Source: a virus (lineage: Duplodnaviria > Heunggongvirae > Uroviricota > Caudoviricetes). From it: a DNA stretch of 15,420 nucleotides. The notes beneath the pieces were generated by a model. It had not been told where the DNA came from and made no database searches. It was given only the letters and a program-made list of their open reading frames with translations. The DNA is taken from IMG/VR virus record IMGVR_UViG_2547132271_000004; one strand, given 5' to 3'. The position numbers and the translations under genes were made by a program. Below are positions 1 to 7,804 of the stretch, piece by piece (position 1 is the stretch's first letter; the number at the start of each line of letters is the position of its first letter).

Positions 1-1
1 G

Positions 2-454
2 ACGCCGTTTATCGATTTTGGCCCACGTATTGGCGATATCCCGGATGCATTACTGGCGCGGATCATGGCCTGTCGACCTTTAGTGTCACTCAATCGTCAA
101 GAGGCTGAGATTGCCGCCGAACGTTTTGCTTTATCCGCAGAGATAACAACACTAGGCAAGCAATGGCAGGAGAAATTTGCCGCGCCATTGATCGTTCGTC
201 TGGATAAAGAAGGTGCCTGGTATTTCAGCGACAACGCATCAGGCTGTGTTCCGGCATTTCCAACGCAAGTCGTTGATACGATTGGTGCAGGTGATAGCCA
301 TGCAGGTGGCGTACTTGCCGGGCTGGCATCCGGTCTGTCAATGGCAGATGCAGTGTTGCTGGGTAATGCGGTGGCGTCGTGGGTTGTCGGGCATCGGGGC
401 GGTGATTGCGCGCCAACGCGCGAGGAACTACTCCTCGCACACAAAAACATATAG
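2..454 (+). CDS. yegV: PfkB-family sugar/nucleoside kinase, C-terminal part (5' end lies outside the window)
   Basis: Open frame runs from the window edge to TAG at 452-454. The conserved PfkB C-terminal motif DTIGAGDSHAGGVLAGL is present. Gene neighbourhood (yegW, yegX, thiD, thiM) matches E. coli. The symbol is assigned from synteny and recall, not from a search. Confidence 0.75.
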   Translation, partial: TPFIDFGPRIGDIPDALLARIMACRPLVSLNRQEAEIAAERFALSAEITTLGKQWQEKFAAPLIVRLDKEGAWYFSDNASGCVPAFPTQVVDTIGAGDSHAGGVLAGLASGLSMADAVLLGNAVASWVVGHRGGDCAPTREELLLAHKNI

Positions 455-1174
455 ATCGCTGCGACAGTGACTGATGCTGTATTCAATTGGCCGTTGCTGT
501 TGGTCAAGCGCCACTTGCTTGATCACCAGCACCGGTATTTTGCTATCTAACTGAATATGTGACTGAAACTCGGCATCCGGCATTCGGGCGCTAACGCGGG
601 AACGGGTACGCTTTGGAAAAATATGCTGACTGCGAAAGTAGTCATAAAGAGAAATACCGATGGCATCAACATCATGAATTAAATGCGCAGGAACCCACGA
701 CTCCTCAATCGATACCGCTTCTTCATCCACGTAGCGAATGCGCTTAAGCAAGAAGACATCACTTCCTGCTTCAACCGCCAGCTGCTGCGCGACGTCTTCG
801 GGGCACTCTACCACTCGCTTGTTAACCCACAGCGTGTCGGGCTTTTTACCGCGCAACACCACCTGCTGCGAAAAGCCTCGCGCTTCTTTTAACGAGTATT
901 CGAAAATGTTGTTGATCTGCGTGCCGTAACCACGCGAACGCGTCACCACACCCTCTTCTTCCAGCGCCTGCATCGCCTTGCGCACCGTAATGCGCGAAAC
1001 GCCGGTTAACTGACTTAAATCGCGTTCGCCGGGCAAAATATTGCCATGCTCCAGCACCCCGCTGCGCACGGCATTTTTTACCGTTTCGGCAAACTTAATA
1101 TAAAGCGGCGTGTTGTCAGCCGCTAAAATACGTTCGTTCAGTTGGGCGATAAGCTGGGTATGCGCTTGTTCCAT
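428..1174 (-). CDS. yegW: GntR-family transcriptional regulator (N-terminal wHTH, C-terminal UTRA-like effector domain)
   Basis: 248-aa ORF. N-terminal helix-turn-helix segment LSQLTGVSRITVRKAMQALEEEGVV is typical of GntR/HutC regulators. It converges on and overlaps the yegV 3' end by 27 bp. Confidence 0.85.
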   Translation of the reverse strand: MEQAHTQLIAQLNERILAADNTPLYIKFAETVKNAVRSGVLEHGNILPGERDLSQLTGVSRITVRKAMQALEEEGVVTRSRGYGTQINNIFEYSLKEARGFSQQVVLRGKKPDTLWVNKRVVECPEDVAQQLAVEAGSDVFLLKRIRYVDEEAVSIEESWVPAHLIHDVDAIGISLYDYFRSQHIFPKRTRSRVSARMPDAEFQSHIQLDSKIPVLVIKQVALDQQQRPIEYSISHCRSDLYVFVCEE

Positions 1175-1225
1175 TTGTCTTTTTCCTGCCGGGGAGTCTG
1201 GTGGGAGTATATCACTGCTTCTTAT

Positions 1226-2053
1226 TTAAGGCGTTTCTTTAATCCCATGAACGAATGCCTGCAACTCCTCCACCGTGCCATTAAACACATTAAAATCTAC
1301 CGGACCATTAATGCCATCCACCTGTCCACGGTCGGAATGCTGCCAGAAACGCCAGGCTATTCCGTCATTGTCCGGACGACGTTGATAGTAGTGAGCCACC
1401 CACCACGGATATTCATTGAAATATCCCGCCAGATTGGTGTGATAAAAAACGGCTCCGGAGTAAATAATCGGCTTTTTCCCCGTACTTTTTTCGACCATTT
1501 TTAGCCACTGACTGACCCGCTTGCGTAATTCTTTTGCCGATAATTTTCCCCGCTCTTCTACGTCCAGCACCGCAGGAAAATCATCTTGTGTAAAATCCAC
1601 CGTTTGCAGAAATAATCGCGCCTGAACAGGCGCTGCTATCGACGGAGAAAAATAATGATATGCCCCACGCAGCAGGCCATTTTCGCGGCTTTGACGCCAG
1701 TTACGCGAAAAATAGGGATCCACCAGCTTTTCGCCTTCCGTCGCCTTAATAAAGGCAAATTGTAAGCGGATACCGTTATCGCGCATTTTTGCCACCCGCT
1801 GCCAGTCGATCCGCTCCTGCCAGCGTGAAACATCTATTCCGTGAATGGTATAACTGGCAGGAATGCGAATAGCAAAAGATTTGACCGGGCGATAACCGTA
1901 AAAGTGAATGTAGTCTTTGATCTGAATTGCTGTGGAATAGAAAAAATTCACCGTCTGGCGGGGATAAATCGCAACGATGGAAATTAGCGCCAGAGCGCAT
2001 AACAAAGCGGTGAATTTTTTGCGACTGACGATTTTTAGCTGCATTAGTTTCAT
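1226..2053 (-). CDS. yegX: Glycoside hydrolase family 25 (lysozyme-like) protein with N-terminal signal/anchor
   Basis: 275-aa ORF with a hydrophobic N-terminus (FTALLCALALISIVAI) and a GH25-like core. Position between yegW and thiD matches E. coli. The true start may be the internal Met at about 2044. Confidence 0.75.
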   Translation of the reverse strand: MKLMQLKIVSRKKFTALLCALALISIVAIYPRQTVNFFYSTAIQIKDYIHFYGYRPVKSFAIRIPASYTIHGIDVSRWQERIDWQRVAKMRDNGIRLQFAFIKATEGEKLVDPYFSRNWRQSRENGLLRGAYHYFSPSIAAPVQARLFLQTVDFTQDDFPAVLDVEERGKLSAKELRKRVSQWLKMVEKSTGKKPIIYSGAVFYHTNLAGYFNEYPWWVAHYYQRRPDNDGIAWRFWQHSDRGQVDGINGPVDFNVFNGTVEELQAFVHGIKETP

Positions 2054-2109
2054 CCCTGAATTTCAGCGCAAAAAAGCTGACAATAACCAAAGCAGCTATA
2101 GTACGGTGC

Positions 2110-2910
2110 TCACCACCAGGCGTGGAAGTGGTGAACCGGACCAATTCCGTGGCCGACTTCCAGTGAGTCTGCCTGGGCTAACGCTGCCGACAGCCAGCTT
2201 TTTGCTTCCTGAACGGTATCAGCCCAGTTTGTATGACGCGGGCGTAATGCCGCCAGTGCCGCAGAGAGCGTACAACCGGTGCCGTGGGTGTTTTTGGTCA
2301 TAATACGCGGCGCAGCAAAGCGTTGTTCGCCGTCACAGGTAAACAGCCAGTCCGGGCTTTGTTCATCATCCAGATGACCGCCTTTCATCAGCACAGCGCC
2401 ACAGCCCATCGCCAATAATTCACGTCCCTGCTCCAGCATTTCCTGTTCATTACGCGCGTGTGGCGCATCGAGCAAAGCGGCTGCTTCCGGCAAGTTCGGA
2501 GTAATTAATGAAACCTGTGGCAATAATCGACTACGCAGCGTGGCTACCGCCGAAGGTGAAAGCAGAGGGTCGCCGCTTTTCGCCAGCATGACGGTATCCA
2601 GCACCACGTTTTGGATCTGATAACGTTGCAGCCGTTCTGCTACCGCTTCAACGATATCGGTTTCTGCCAACATGCCGATTTTGGTGGTGTCGATTCGCAC
2701 ATCGCTGAACACCGAATCAAGCTGTGCGGCGACAAAATCAGGCTCAATGCGATACACCGACTGTACGCCACGGGTATTTTGCGCCACCAGCGCGGTGATT
2801 ACCGAACAGCCGTAAGCGCCAAGTGCCGAAAAAGTTTTAAGATCGGCCTGAATCCCCGCGCCGCCGCTCGGGTCAGTACCGGCTATCGTCAGAGCGTTAA
2901 TCCGTTTCAT
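2110..2910 (-). CDS. thiD: Hydroxymethylpyrimidine / phosphomethylpyrimidine kinase
   Basis: 266-aa ORF with N-terminus [31 protein letters not shown], characteristic of ThiD (PfkB superfamily). Its start overlaps the thiM stop by 4 nt (ATGA). Confidence 0.9.
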   Translation of the reverse strand: MKRINALTIAGTDPSGGAGIQADLKTFSALGAYGCSVITALVAQNTRGVQSVYRIEPDFVAAQLDSVFSDVRIDTTKIGMLAETDIVEAVAERLQRYQIQNVVLDTVMLAKSGDPLLSPSAVATLRSRLLPQVSLITPNLPEAAALLDAPHARNEQEMLEQGRELLAMGCGAVLMKGGHLDDEQSPDWLFTCDGEQRFAAPRIMTKNTHGTGCTLSAALAALRPRHTNWADTVQEAKSWLSAALAQADSLEVGHGIGPVHHFHAWW

Positions 2911-3695
2911 GCCTGCACCTCCTGCGTCAGCTGCCAGAGCGCATCAAGGAAATGTGGGACGAAACTGCCCGGCCCTTTGCTTCTGATGACTGCGCGTTCT
3001 CCCGCTTGTTTCATCCAGTGACAGGCAGATGCGACATTTTTCAACTGATCGCCTGGTAATGCACAACAGGCAGCGACAACTGCCGATAATGCGCAGCCAG
3101 TTCCTACTACTCTGGTCATTAACAGGTCACCGCCATGAATGCCAACGGTGCGACAACCATCGGTAACATAATCCACGTCGCCAGTGACCACGACGATTGC
3201 GCCGGTTTCATTTGCCAGAGTTTGTGCGGCGGGCAACGCGTTGGCGGCGGCGTCAGTAGTATCTACACCACGACCACCATTGGCAATGCCTGCTAATGCC
3301 ATGATTTCCGAAGCATTACCGCGTATGGCGCTTGGTTTATGAGACAAGAGTTCCAGACAAAAACGGCGGCGATAATCGAGTGCACCAACCGCTACTGGAT
3401 CAAGCGTCCAGGGCGTTTGGGAGCGTTTTGCCTGTTCTATGGCGGCACGCATCGCCTGTGCGCGTGGCTGCGTCAATGTACCAACGTTAATCAGCAAGGC
3501 ACTGGCAATTGCCGCAAATTGACTGGCCTCTTCGGTTTCGATAACCATCGCTGGCGATGCGCCGAGCGCCAGTAAAGTATTGGCAGTAAAGGTTTGCACC
3601 ACATCATTGGTCATGCAATGCACAAGGGGGGAATATTGGTGAAAAAGGTGTAACACGGGCGCAGATTGCGCCGGACTCAGCAGGTCGACTTGCAT
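2907..3695 (-). CDS. thiM: Hydroxyethylthiazole kinase
   Basis: 262-aa ORF beginning [32 protein letters not shown], typical of ThiM. A Shine-Dalgarno AGGAG lies upstream on the minus strand. Confidence 0.9.
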   Translation of the reverse strand: MQVDLLSPAQSAPVLHLFHQYSPLVHCMTNDVVQTFTANTLLALGASPAMVIETEEASQFAAIASALLINVGTLTQPRAQAMRAAIEQAKRSQTPWTLDPVAVGALDYRRRFCLELLSHKPSAIRGNASEIMALAGIANGGRGVDTTDAAANALPAAQTLANETGAIVVVTGDVDYVTDGCRTVGIHGGDLLMTRVVGTGCALSAVVAACCALPGDQLKNVASACHWMKQAGERAVIRSKGPGSFVPHFLDALWQLTQEVQA

Positions 3696-3790
3696 AATTT
3701 GCTCCTGCCATAACGTGAAGAAGCAATGACCTGGCGGTCTGTGACTTCCCTACGCTGGCATTATCCAGATCAGGTGATACGGGTATTTCT
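3696..3790 (-). promoter_or_regulatory. thiM leader with the 3' portion of the TPP (thi-box) riboswitch and expression platform; the 5' half of the aptamer appears to be missing
   Basis: Minus-strand sequence AGAAAUACCCGUAUCACCUGAUCUGGAUAAUGCCAGCGUAGGGAAGUCAC followed by the SD and AUG matches the E. coli thiM thi-box as recalled. Upstream of it (plus 3791 onward) the sequence becomes AT-rich and unrelated to the expected P2/P3 and CUGAGA segment. Confidence 0.7.
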
Positions 3791-3856
3791 TACTAATTCC
3801 TGTTACTAGTTGATAATAAATAAGTTTTTAAGAATGCATAAATTAAAAACCTCAAA

Positions 3857-3880
3857 ACTGACCACACAACTGACCACACA
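3857..3880. repeat. Perfect tandem duplication of the 12-mer ACTGACCACACA
   Basis: Read directly: ACTGACCACACA at 3857-3868 and again at 3869-3880, immediately upstream of a CGAACAA-rich stretch. Confidence 0.9.
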
Positions 3881-4260
3881 TTTCGTTGAAGCTCTACGAA
3901 CAACGACGAACAATAACAAACAAAAGGGAAATTTGCTGGGGGTTTTGCGTAACCGTTATCATTTTCCGGCTATCCGTCATGAAGCTGGTGGATGATCTGC
4001 GTGGTGATTTCCACCATTCAGAGCAGGGGCGGTCATCATGACCATGCCATAACAAAAACCCCATATTCGTGGGTTTTCTGTGTTGTGGCTATTCTGCCGT
4101 TGCCGTGCTGGTGGATATTTCCGGTATGTGGCTCACCATATCGGCATCAGGCCCACCAGCGTGAAGCGTTTTTCATTTTTCGCGGGTATAAAAAATCGAT
4201 GGGGCTGGCAGTCCGGAAGACGTCAGGGTACAGAGATTTGACCCGCCCCTCCCTGTGCAT

Positions 4261-4468
4261 GAGCACAATAAGTAACCGAAGGCGGAATTCCGCCCTCGGT
4301 GCTCACATATGAGAAACGATATTTCTTACACCGATACCCTTTATTTGGGTATCGCGAGTAAGCCCCAAAATCTGGGTGTTACTCTTACTACCCAAACTAC
4401 GGGTAGTTTCATAGTCGAGTTGCAGATCTGCAACTCGCCACCAGTTGCTAAGTGCATTTTTGCACTTT
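4261..4468. other. Cluster of five consecutive, sequence-distinct stem-loops in non-coding DNA downstream of the packaging operon
   Basis: Inverted repeats read directly: CCGAAGGCGG/CCGCCCTCGG around a GAATTC centre (4277-4300); CGATACCC-N7-GGGTATCG (4332-4354); ACTACCC-N7-GGGTAGT (4387-4407); perfect palindrome CGAGTTGCAGATCTGCAACTCG (4416-4437); AAGTGCA-TTTTT-TGCACTT (4450-4468). Confidence 0.6.
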
Positions 4469-4484
4469 CGGTAATATCAACCAG

Positions 4485-4775
4485 TTACCGCCGTAAGTGC
4501 TCCGGCTTCCTCCACTGGTAAGTATTTTTCGCGCTCTCCCTCCGTTGTTGAGAACGGCGACGGTATGCCAGCAACTCAAGAACTCTGGTTCGTATGTTGC
4601 GCATATCCACGCCGTTAAGCTCAATACCGTCACGGCGCATTACCTCAGCCACCACACGCGCGTAATTTTCGGCTATCACGCTGTCCGGCTGTGTAGCCTG
4701 TTCGTCAGGCTGCTGACTGATTCCGGTAATGCGGCGAATTATTTTTAGTAGATCAGTTTCAGTCATTCTCGTCAT
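4485..4775 (-). CDS. Hypothetical small basic protein, translationally coupled to TerL
   Basis: 96-aa ORF whose ATG overlaps the TerL stop (ATGA). The C-terminus is Arg-rich. No family recognised. Confidence 0.5.
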   Translation of the reverse strand: MTRMTETDLLKIIRRITGISQQPDEQATQPDSVIAENYARVVAEVMRRDGIELNGVDMRNIRTRVLELLAYRRRSQQRRESAKNTYQWRKPEHLRR

Positions 4776-6433
4776 ACCCCATCAAATGCCGCAAGTCGCT
4801 CTTTCTGGCTGTCGCTCATATCAAATGCAAATTCCTCATGCTCAGCCTGGAATGTGCCAAACGCCATCAGCGCCGCAACGCTCGGGTCTATCTTATTGGA
4901 TGATTTTTTCTTGTTCGGCTTGATATTGGCGTTCGCGTCACTCTGCATCACAACATTACTCATTGACCAGGCCAGCACCGGATCACCACGATGAACAATC
5001 ACCTTCCGGTTAACAAAAACTTCGAACGATTTCGCCGCCGGACTAAAACGAAGGTACGTTTGCGGGAACGGCTCCACCTCAAATCCCGCTCCCTGTAGCT
5101 GCGTCCTCAGGTGCGTGGCGTTCCATGTATCGAAACCCACCAGCCTGATATTGAAATTCTCTGCATCCGCCATGATGTCATCACGGATACGGTCATAATC
5201 AATGCAGTCACCCGGTGTTGTGCGTATCCAGCCCGCCTTTGCCCACTGGCGATAGATGGCGCGGTTTTTATTGGCAGGGTTCTGTAGCTGAAATTCCGGT
5301 AGATAGTGACGTGAAACCAGCATAATCTTTTTACCGACCGGAAAGGCATAGCACACGCTGGAAATATCGCTGGTTGATGATAAGTCCAGCCCCGCATAGC
5401 ACTCCTGCCCGTATAAATCCGCCTCAGCGAACGTTCCGGCGCACTCCGCCCATGCACCGTTACCCATCCACGGCGTAGCCCCCTGACACCAGATATTGAA
5501 TCGCTTGGTGAGCATTTCCACCCACTGCGACGGAATACCCCGCGCTTTCTGGATGGTTGAGGCAAGTTTTTCACGATCGACGGAAACATCGATATTGGGA
5601 TTCGCCTTTATCCACATCGCCGGATCGTCAACCTCGCTTTCATCATCCAGCTCGTAAATCAGTACGAACATGGATTCGTTCACCTCTTCACCATCCAGTA
5701 TCTGGCAGCAATAGTCGTAGTGTTGTTTACAGGCTGAAACAACGTTGCTCCCCGATGTGGTGATGGCAAATAACAGCCCCTCCGGACGCGCCCCCATCCC
5801 CAGTTCAAGTGCGGAATAAACCCCGTTGTCTGGGTGCAGGTGATATTCATCCACAATGGCAAGACTCGGGTTTGTCCCCTCAATGGTTGCCGCTTTTGCT
5901 GCCAGTGGCTTTAACAGGCTGTTGGTTTTCGGGTGTATCACCTTGTGCGCCTGAATATTTACCCGCTTTCGTAACGGTCGGGATAAAAGGCACATCTGAC
6001 GCGCATCATCAAACACGATCCGCGCCTGATCACGACTCACGGCGGCGGTGTAAATATCCTGCTGCCCGTTTTCCATAACCAGAAACCAGTTAGCCAGGAT
6101 AGCGGCGACCGTGGATTTGGCATTTTTTCGCGGTACTTCAATGAATGCGCTGGTGTATTTGCGCCGTCCGGTGGCCTTAACCTTAAATCCCAGGATGCAG
6201 GCAAAGGCGAACTGCTGCCACGGCTCAAGTTCAATGGGGCTACCGCGCATTGCGCCTTTTACGTGCGGGCACACCCGGGAAAAGGCAATAAACCGCTCCA
6301 CGACCTCCGGATCGAACGTGTAAAGGGAGTTTTCAAGGTCAGAAAAATACCGTTTAACAGCCTGTTTCAGTCGTTTACAGGCCGTAATTTTGCCGTTTTT
6401 TACGCCTTCTGCGTACTCATGCCAGGCGGTCAA
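4772..6433 (-). CDS. terL: Terminase large subunit
   Basis: 553-aa ORF with an N-terminal ATPase region (Walker A-like VPRKNAKST) and a C-terminal nuclease-like region. It overlaps the TerS 3' end. Confidence 0.9.
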   Translation of the reverse strand: MTAWHEYAEGVKNGKITACKRLKQAVKRYFSDLENSLYTFDPEVVERFIAFSRVCPHVKGAMRGSPIELEPWQQFAFACILGFKVKATGRRKYTSAFIEVPRKNAKSTVAAILANWFLVMENGQQDIYTAAVSRDQARIVFDDARQMCLLSRPLRKRVNIQAHKVIHPKTNSLLKPLAAKAATIEGTNPSLAIVDEYHLHPDNGVYSALELGMGARPEGLLFAITTSGSNVVSACKQHYDYCCQILDGEEVNESMFVLIYELDDESEVDDPAMWIKANPNIDVSVDREKLASTIQKARGIPSQWVEMLTKRFNIWCQGATPWMGNGAWAECAGTFAEADLYGQECYAGLDLSSTSDISSVCYAFPVGKKIMLVSRHYLPEFQLQNPANKNRAIYRQWAKAGWIRTTPGDCIDYDRIRDDIMADAENFNIRLVGFDTWNATHLRTQLQGAGFEVEPFPQTYLRFSPAAKSFEVFVNRKVIVHRGDPVLAWSMSNVVMQSDANANIKPNKKKSSNKIDPSVAALMAFGTFQAEHEEFAFDMSDSQKERLAAFDGV

Positions 6434-6773
6434 GTTCGTCCTCTTCCTCTGTTTCCGGTGGATTTCTGCGACGGCTTACCGGGTCAAAACCCAGCAAAGA
6501 AGCCATTTTGATCATTATTCTTTCTGCGTCAGCCTTTGCGCTCAGTGCGGGGTTTCTGCTCTCGCTGCCCTGACTGTTAACAATGCTGAACCCGCGCGTC
6601 GCAAGGTCTTCGACGGCTTTGCGGTATATAGAGTAGTTAACGCAATACAGTTCCAGATTGCTCCAGTCGGCGGGGGTAAGGTCTTCCCGCCCGGAAAGCT
6701 GGCGCGATTTTTCCTTCCACTGCCTGACCGCGATTTCATCCAGGTAAGCGGGGGCTTTTGGTGGTCTTGCCAT
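6417..6773 (-). CDS. terS: Terminase small subunit (P27-family-like)
   Basis: Product MARPPKAPAYLDEIAVRQWKEKSRQL...LELYCVNYSIYRKA...LGFDPVSRRR resembles P27-type TerS. The ORF track extends to 6914, but that extension translates the structured candidate cos region, so the internal Met at 6773 is preferred. Confidence 0.75.
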   Translation of the reverse strand: MARPPKAPAYLDEIAVRQWKEKSRQLSGREDLTPADWSNLELYCVNYSIYRKAVEDLATRGFSIVNSQGSESRNPALSAKADAERIMIKMASLLGFDPVSRRRNPPETEEEDELDRLA

Positions 6774-7061
6774 GTTCTTTTTTCGCCCAATTATTTTCAA
6801 AAAAATTACCGTGCACAAAAATTTGAGGGGGCGGTCGGTGTCCGGCAGGGACGGTTTCGTCCTGAAAACCACCCCCACCCCCTCTGACGGCCTCACCAGC
6901 GATTGCGAAAACATTCCATGACCTCGCGGTCACGGTCGGTTAATCGCTTCGCTGTGGTGCGTTTTGTGCGCCCTGTCCTGTTGGCTTTGTGCTCTGTCTC
7001 CTGTGTCTTCCATGTGTCACGCTGCCTTATCAGTCCACGTATCAGCCTGGTTTGCTCCTGT
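6774..7061. other. Candidate cos / packaging recognition region between HNH and terS
   Basis: 288-bp gap in the position where HK97-like phages carry cos. Contains a nested imperfect palindrome (GAGGGGGCGG ... CCACCCCCTC enclosing GGACG-GTTT-CGTCC, about 6825-6884) and a T/G-skewed tract with recurring CTGTC and TGTGTC motifs (about 6956-7030). Confidence 0.4.
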
Positions 7062-7502
7062 TCAGTCATCATCGCCATACATCCAGTCGTTACGGTGTGC
7101 CGCCCGTTCTTCCTGCTCGCGATACATGCCCGCTTTACGGTTTGCTTTCGTGGCTGGATCTTCCCGTGTCGTCTTACGGTTGTGGCACGTCTGGCACAAT
7201 GCCTGGTGATTCCACTCAGGCCAGAAGAGAACATCACCGCCGCCATTGATGGGAATGATGTGATCCACCACAAGAGCTGGCGTATAAATCCCCTTAGCCA
7301 GACAACGCACGCATAACGGGTTTTTGCTCAGGTACAGGGCGCGGTATTTGTCCCACTGTCGGGAATACCCGCGCGCGCGGCGGTGTCCCCGTCTGGCATC
7401 CTCTGCACGCCATGCAGCCCGCCTGTGCTCTTCACACTTGCCGGACTTCACGCGCTTATTACAGCCAGGCTCAGTGCATCGCCTTAATGGTTGCCACGGC
7501 AT
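7062..7502 (-). CDS. HNH endonuclease (packaging-associated)
   Basis: 146-aa ORF with Cys-rich zinc-binding motifs and the HNH core (CTEPGC, CVRC, DHIIP, HQALCQTCHNRK). Its ATG overlaps the connector stop. Confidence 0.9.
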   Translation of the reverse strand: MPWQPLRRCTEPGCNKRVKSGKCEEHRRAAWRAEDARRGHRRARGYSRQWDKYRALYLSKNPLCVRCLAKGIYTPALVVDHIIPINGGGDVLFWPEWNHQALCQTCHNRKTTREDPATKANRKAGMYREQEERAAHRNDWMYGDDD

Positions 7503-7804
7503 CAGTACACCCCTACGTCACGATAAACTGACCAGAGCGCAGAAATAGCCATAGGCAGTTCCGAGTGCTCCACTGGTGAAACCGCTTCCCGGTTCTCGTA
7601 CAGGAAAGCGATGTACATCAGGCAACCAACACGCATTGCCGGGGTAAATTCCAGCCCGTCTTCAAAACGTTTCCCGATATGCTTCTGGCAGGCTTCCAGC
7701 GCCGCATCGGTATACATTTTCAGAAGTTCGCCTTCACCGGATAAATCATCATCAAGTCGAAGATGTGCCCTGACTTCATCAGGTGTAATTCTGGCTTCAC
7801 TCAT
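7502..7804 (-). CDS. Head-tail connector / adaptor protein (gp6-like)
   Basis: 100-aa product MSEARITPDEVRAHLRLDDD... resembles gp6-like head-tail connectors. Start chosen at the internal Met with RBS GGGAGAAAAG; the longer ORF-track N-terminus would overlap the portal. Confidence 0.65.
   Translation of the reverse strand: MSEARITPDEVRAHLRLDDDLSGEGELLKMYTDAALEACQKHIGKRFEDGLEFTPAMRVGCLMYIAFLYENREAVSPVEHSELPMAISALWSVYRDVGVY

Noticed and set aside
213-507. ORFs 213-470 (+), 225-440 (-) and 97-507 (-) overlapping yegV
   Set aside because: They are alternative frames or antisense to the kinase gene, whose frame carries the conserved PfkB motif.
4261-4468. Retron msr/msd-like non-coding RNA as an explanation for the hairpin cluster
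   Set aside because: No reverse transcriptase gene is adjacent, and the flanking inverted repeats and conserved branch G context of retrons are not evident.
3700-4480. tRNA or tmRNA gene at the integration junction
   Set aside because: No segment with recognisable tRNA features was seen (no acceptor/T-arm GTTC-type pattern with matching stems). The flanking host element is the thiM leader.
3810-4521. Plus-strand ORFs 3810-3995, 3992-4312 and 4309-4521 in the island's left arm
   Set aside because: Low-complexity or Cys/Trp-rich translations without RBS signals, and they run through the hairpin array. I treat the region as non-coding, though a small protein cannot be fully excluded.
5107-5589. 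160-aa ORF inside the terL region
   Set aside because: It is an alternative frame within the well-supported terminase large-subunit gene, on the same strand, with an Arg/Trp-rich composition typical of out-of-frame translation.
6736-7316. Several overlapping ORFs on both strands (6736-6933, 6893-7273, 6903-7316, 6964-7209, 6989-7249) and the long N-terminal extension of the TerS ORF to 6914
   Set aside because: They overlap each other and the HNH gene in other frames, have odd Cys/Arg/Ser-rich compositions, and span the palindromic candidate cos region. They are most likely artefacts of GC-rich structured DNA.
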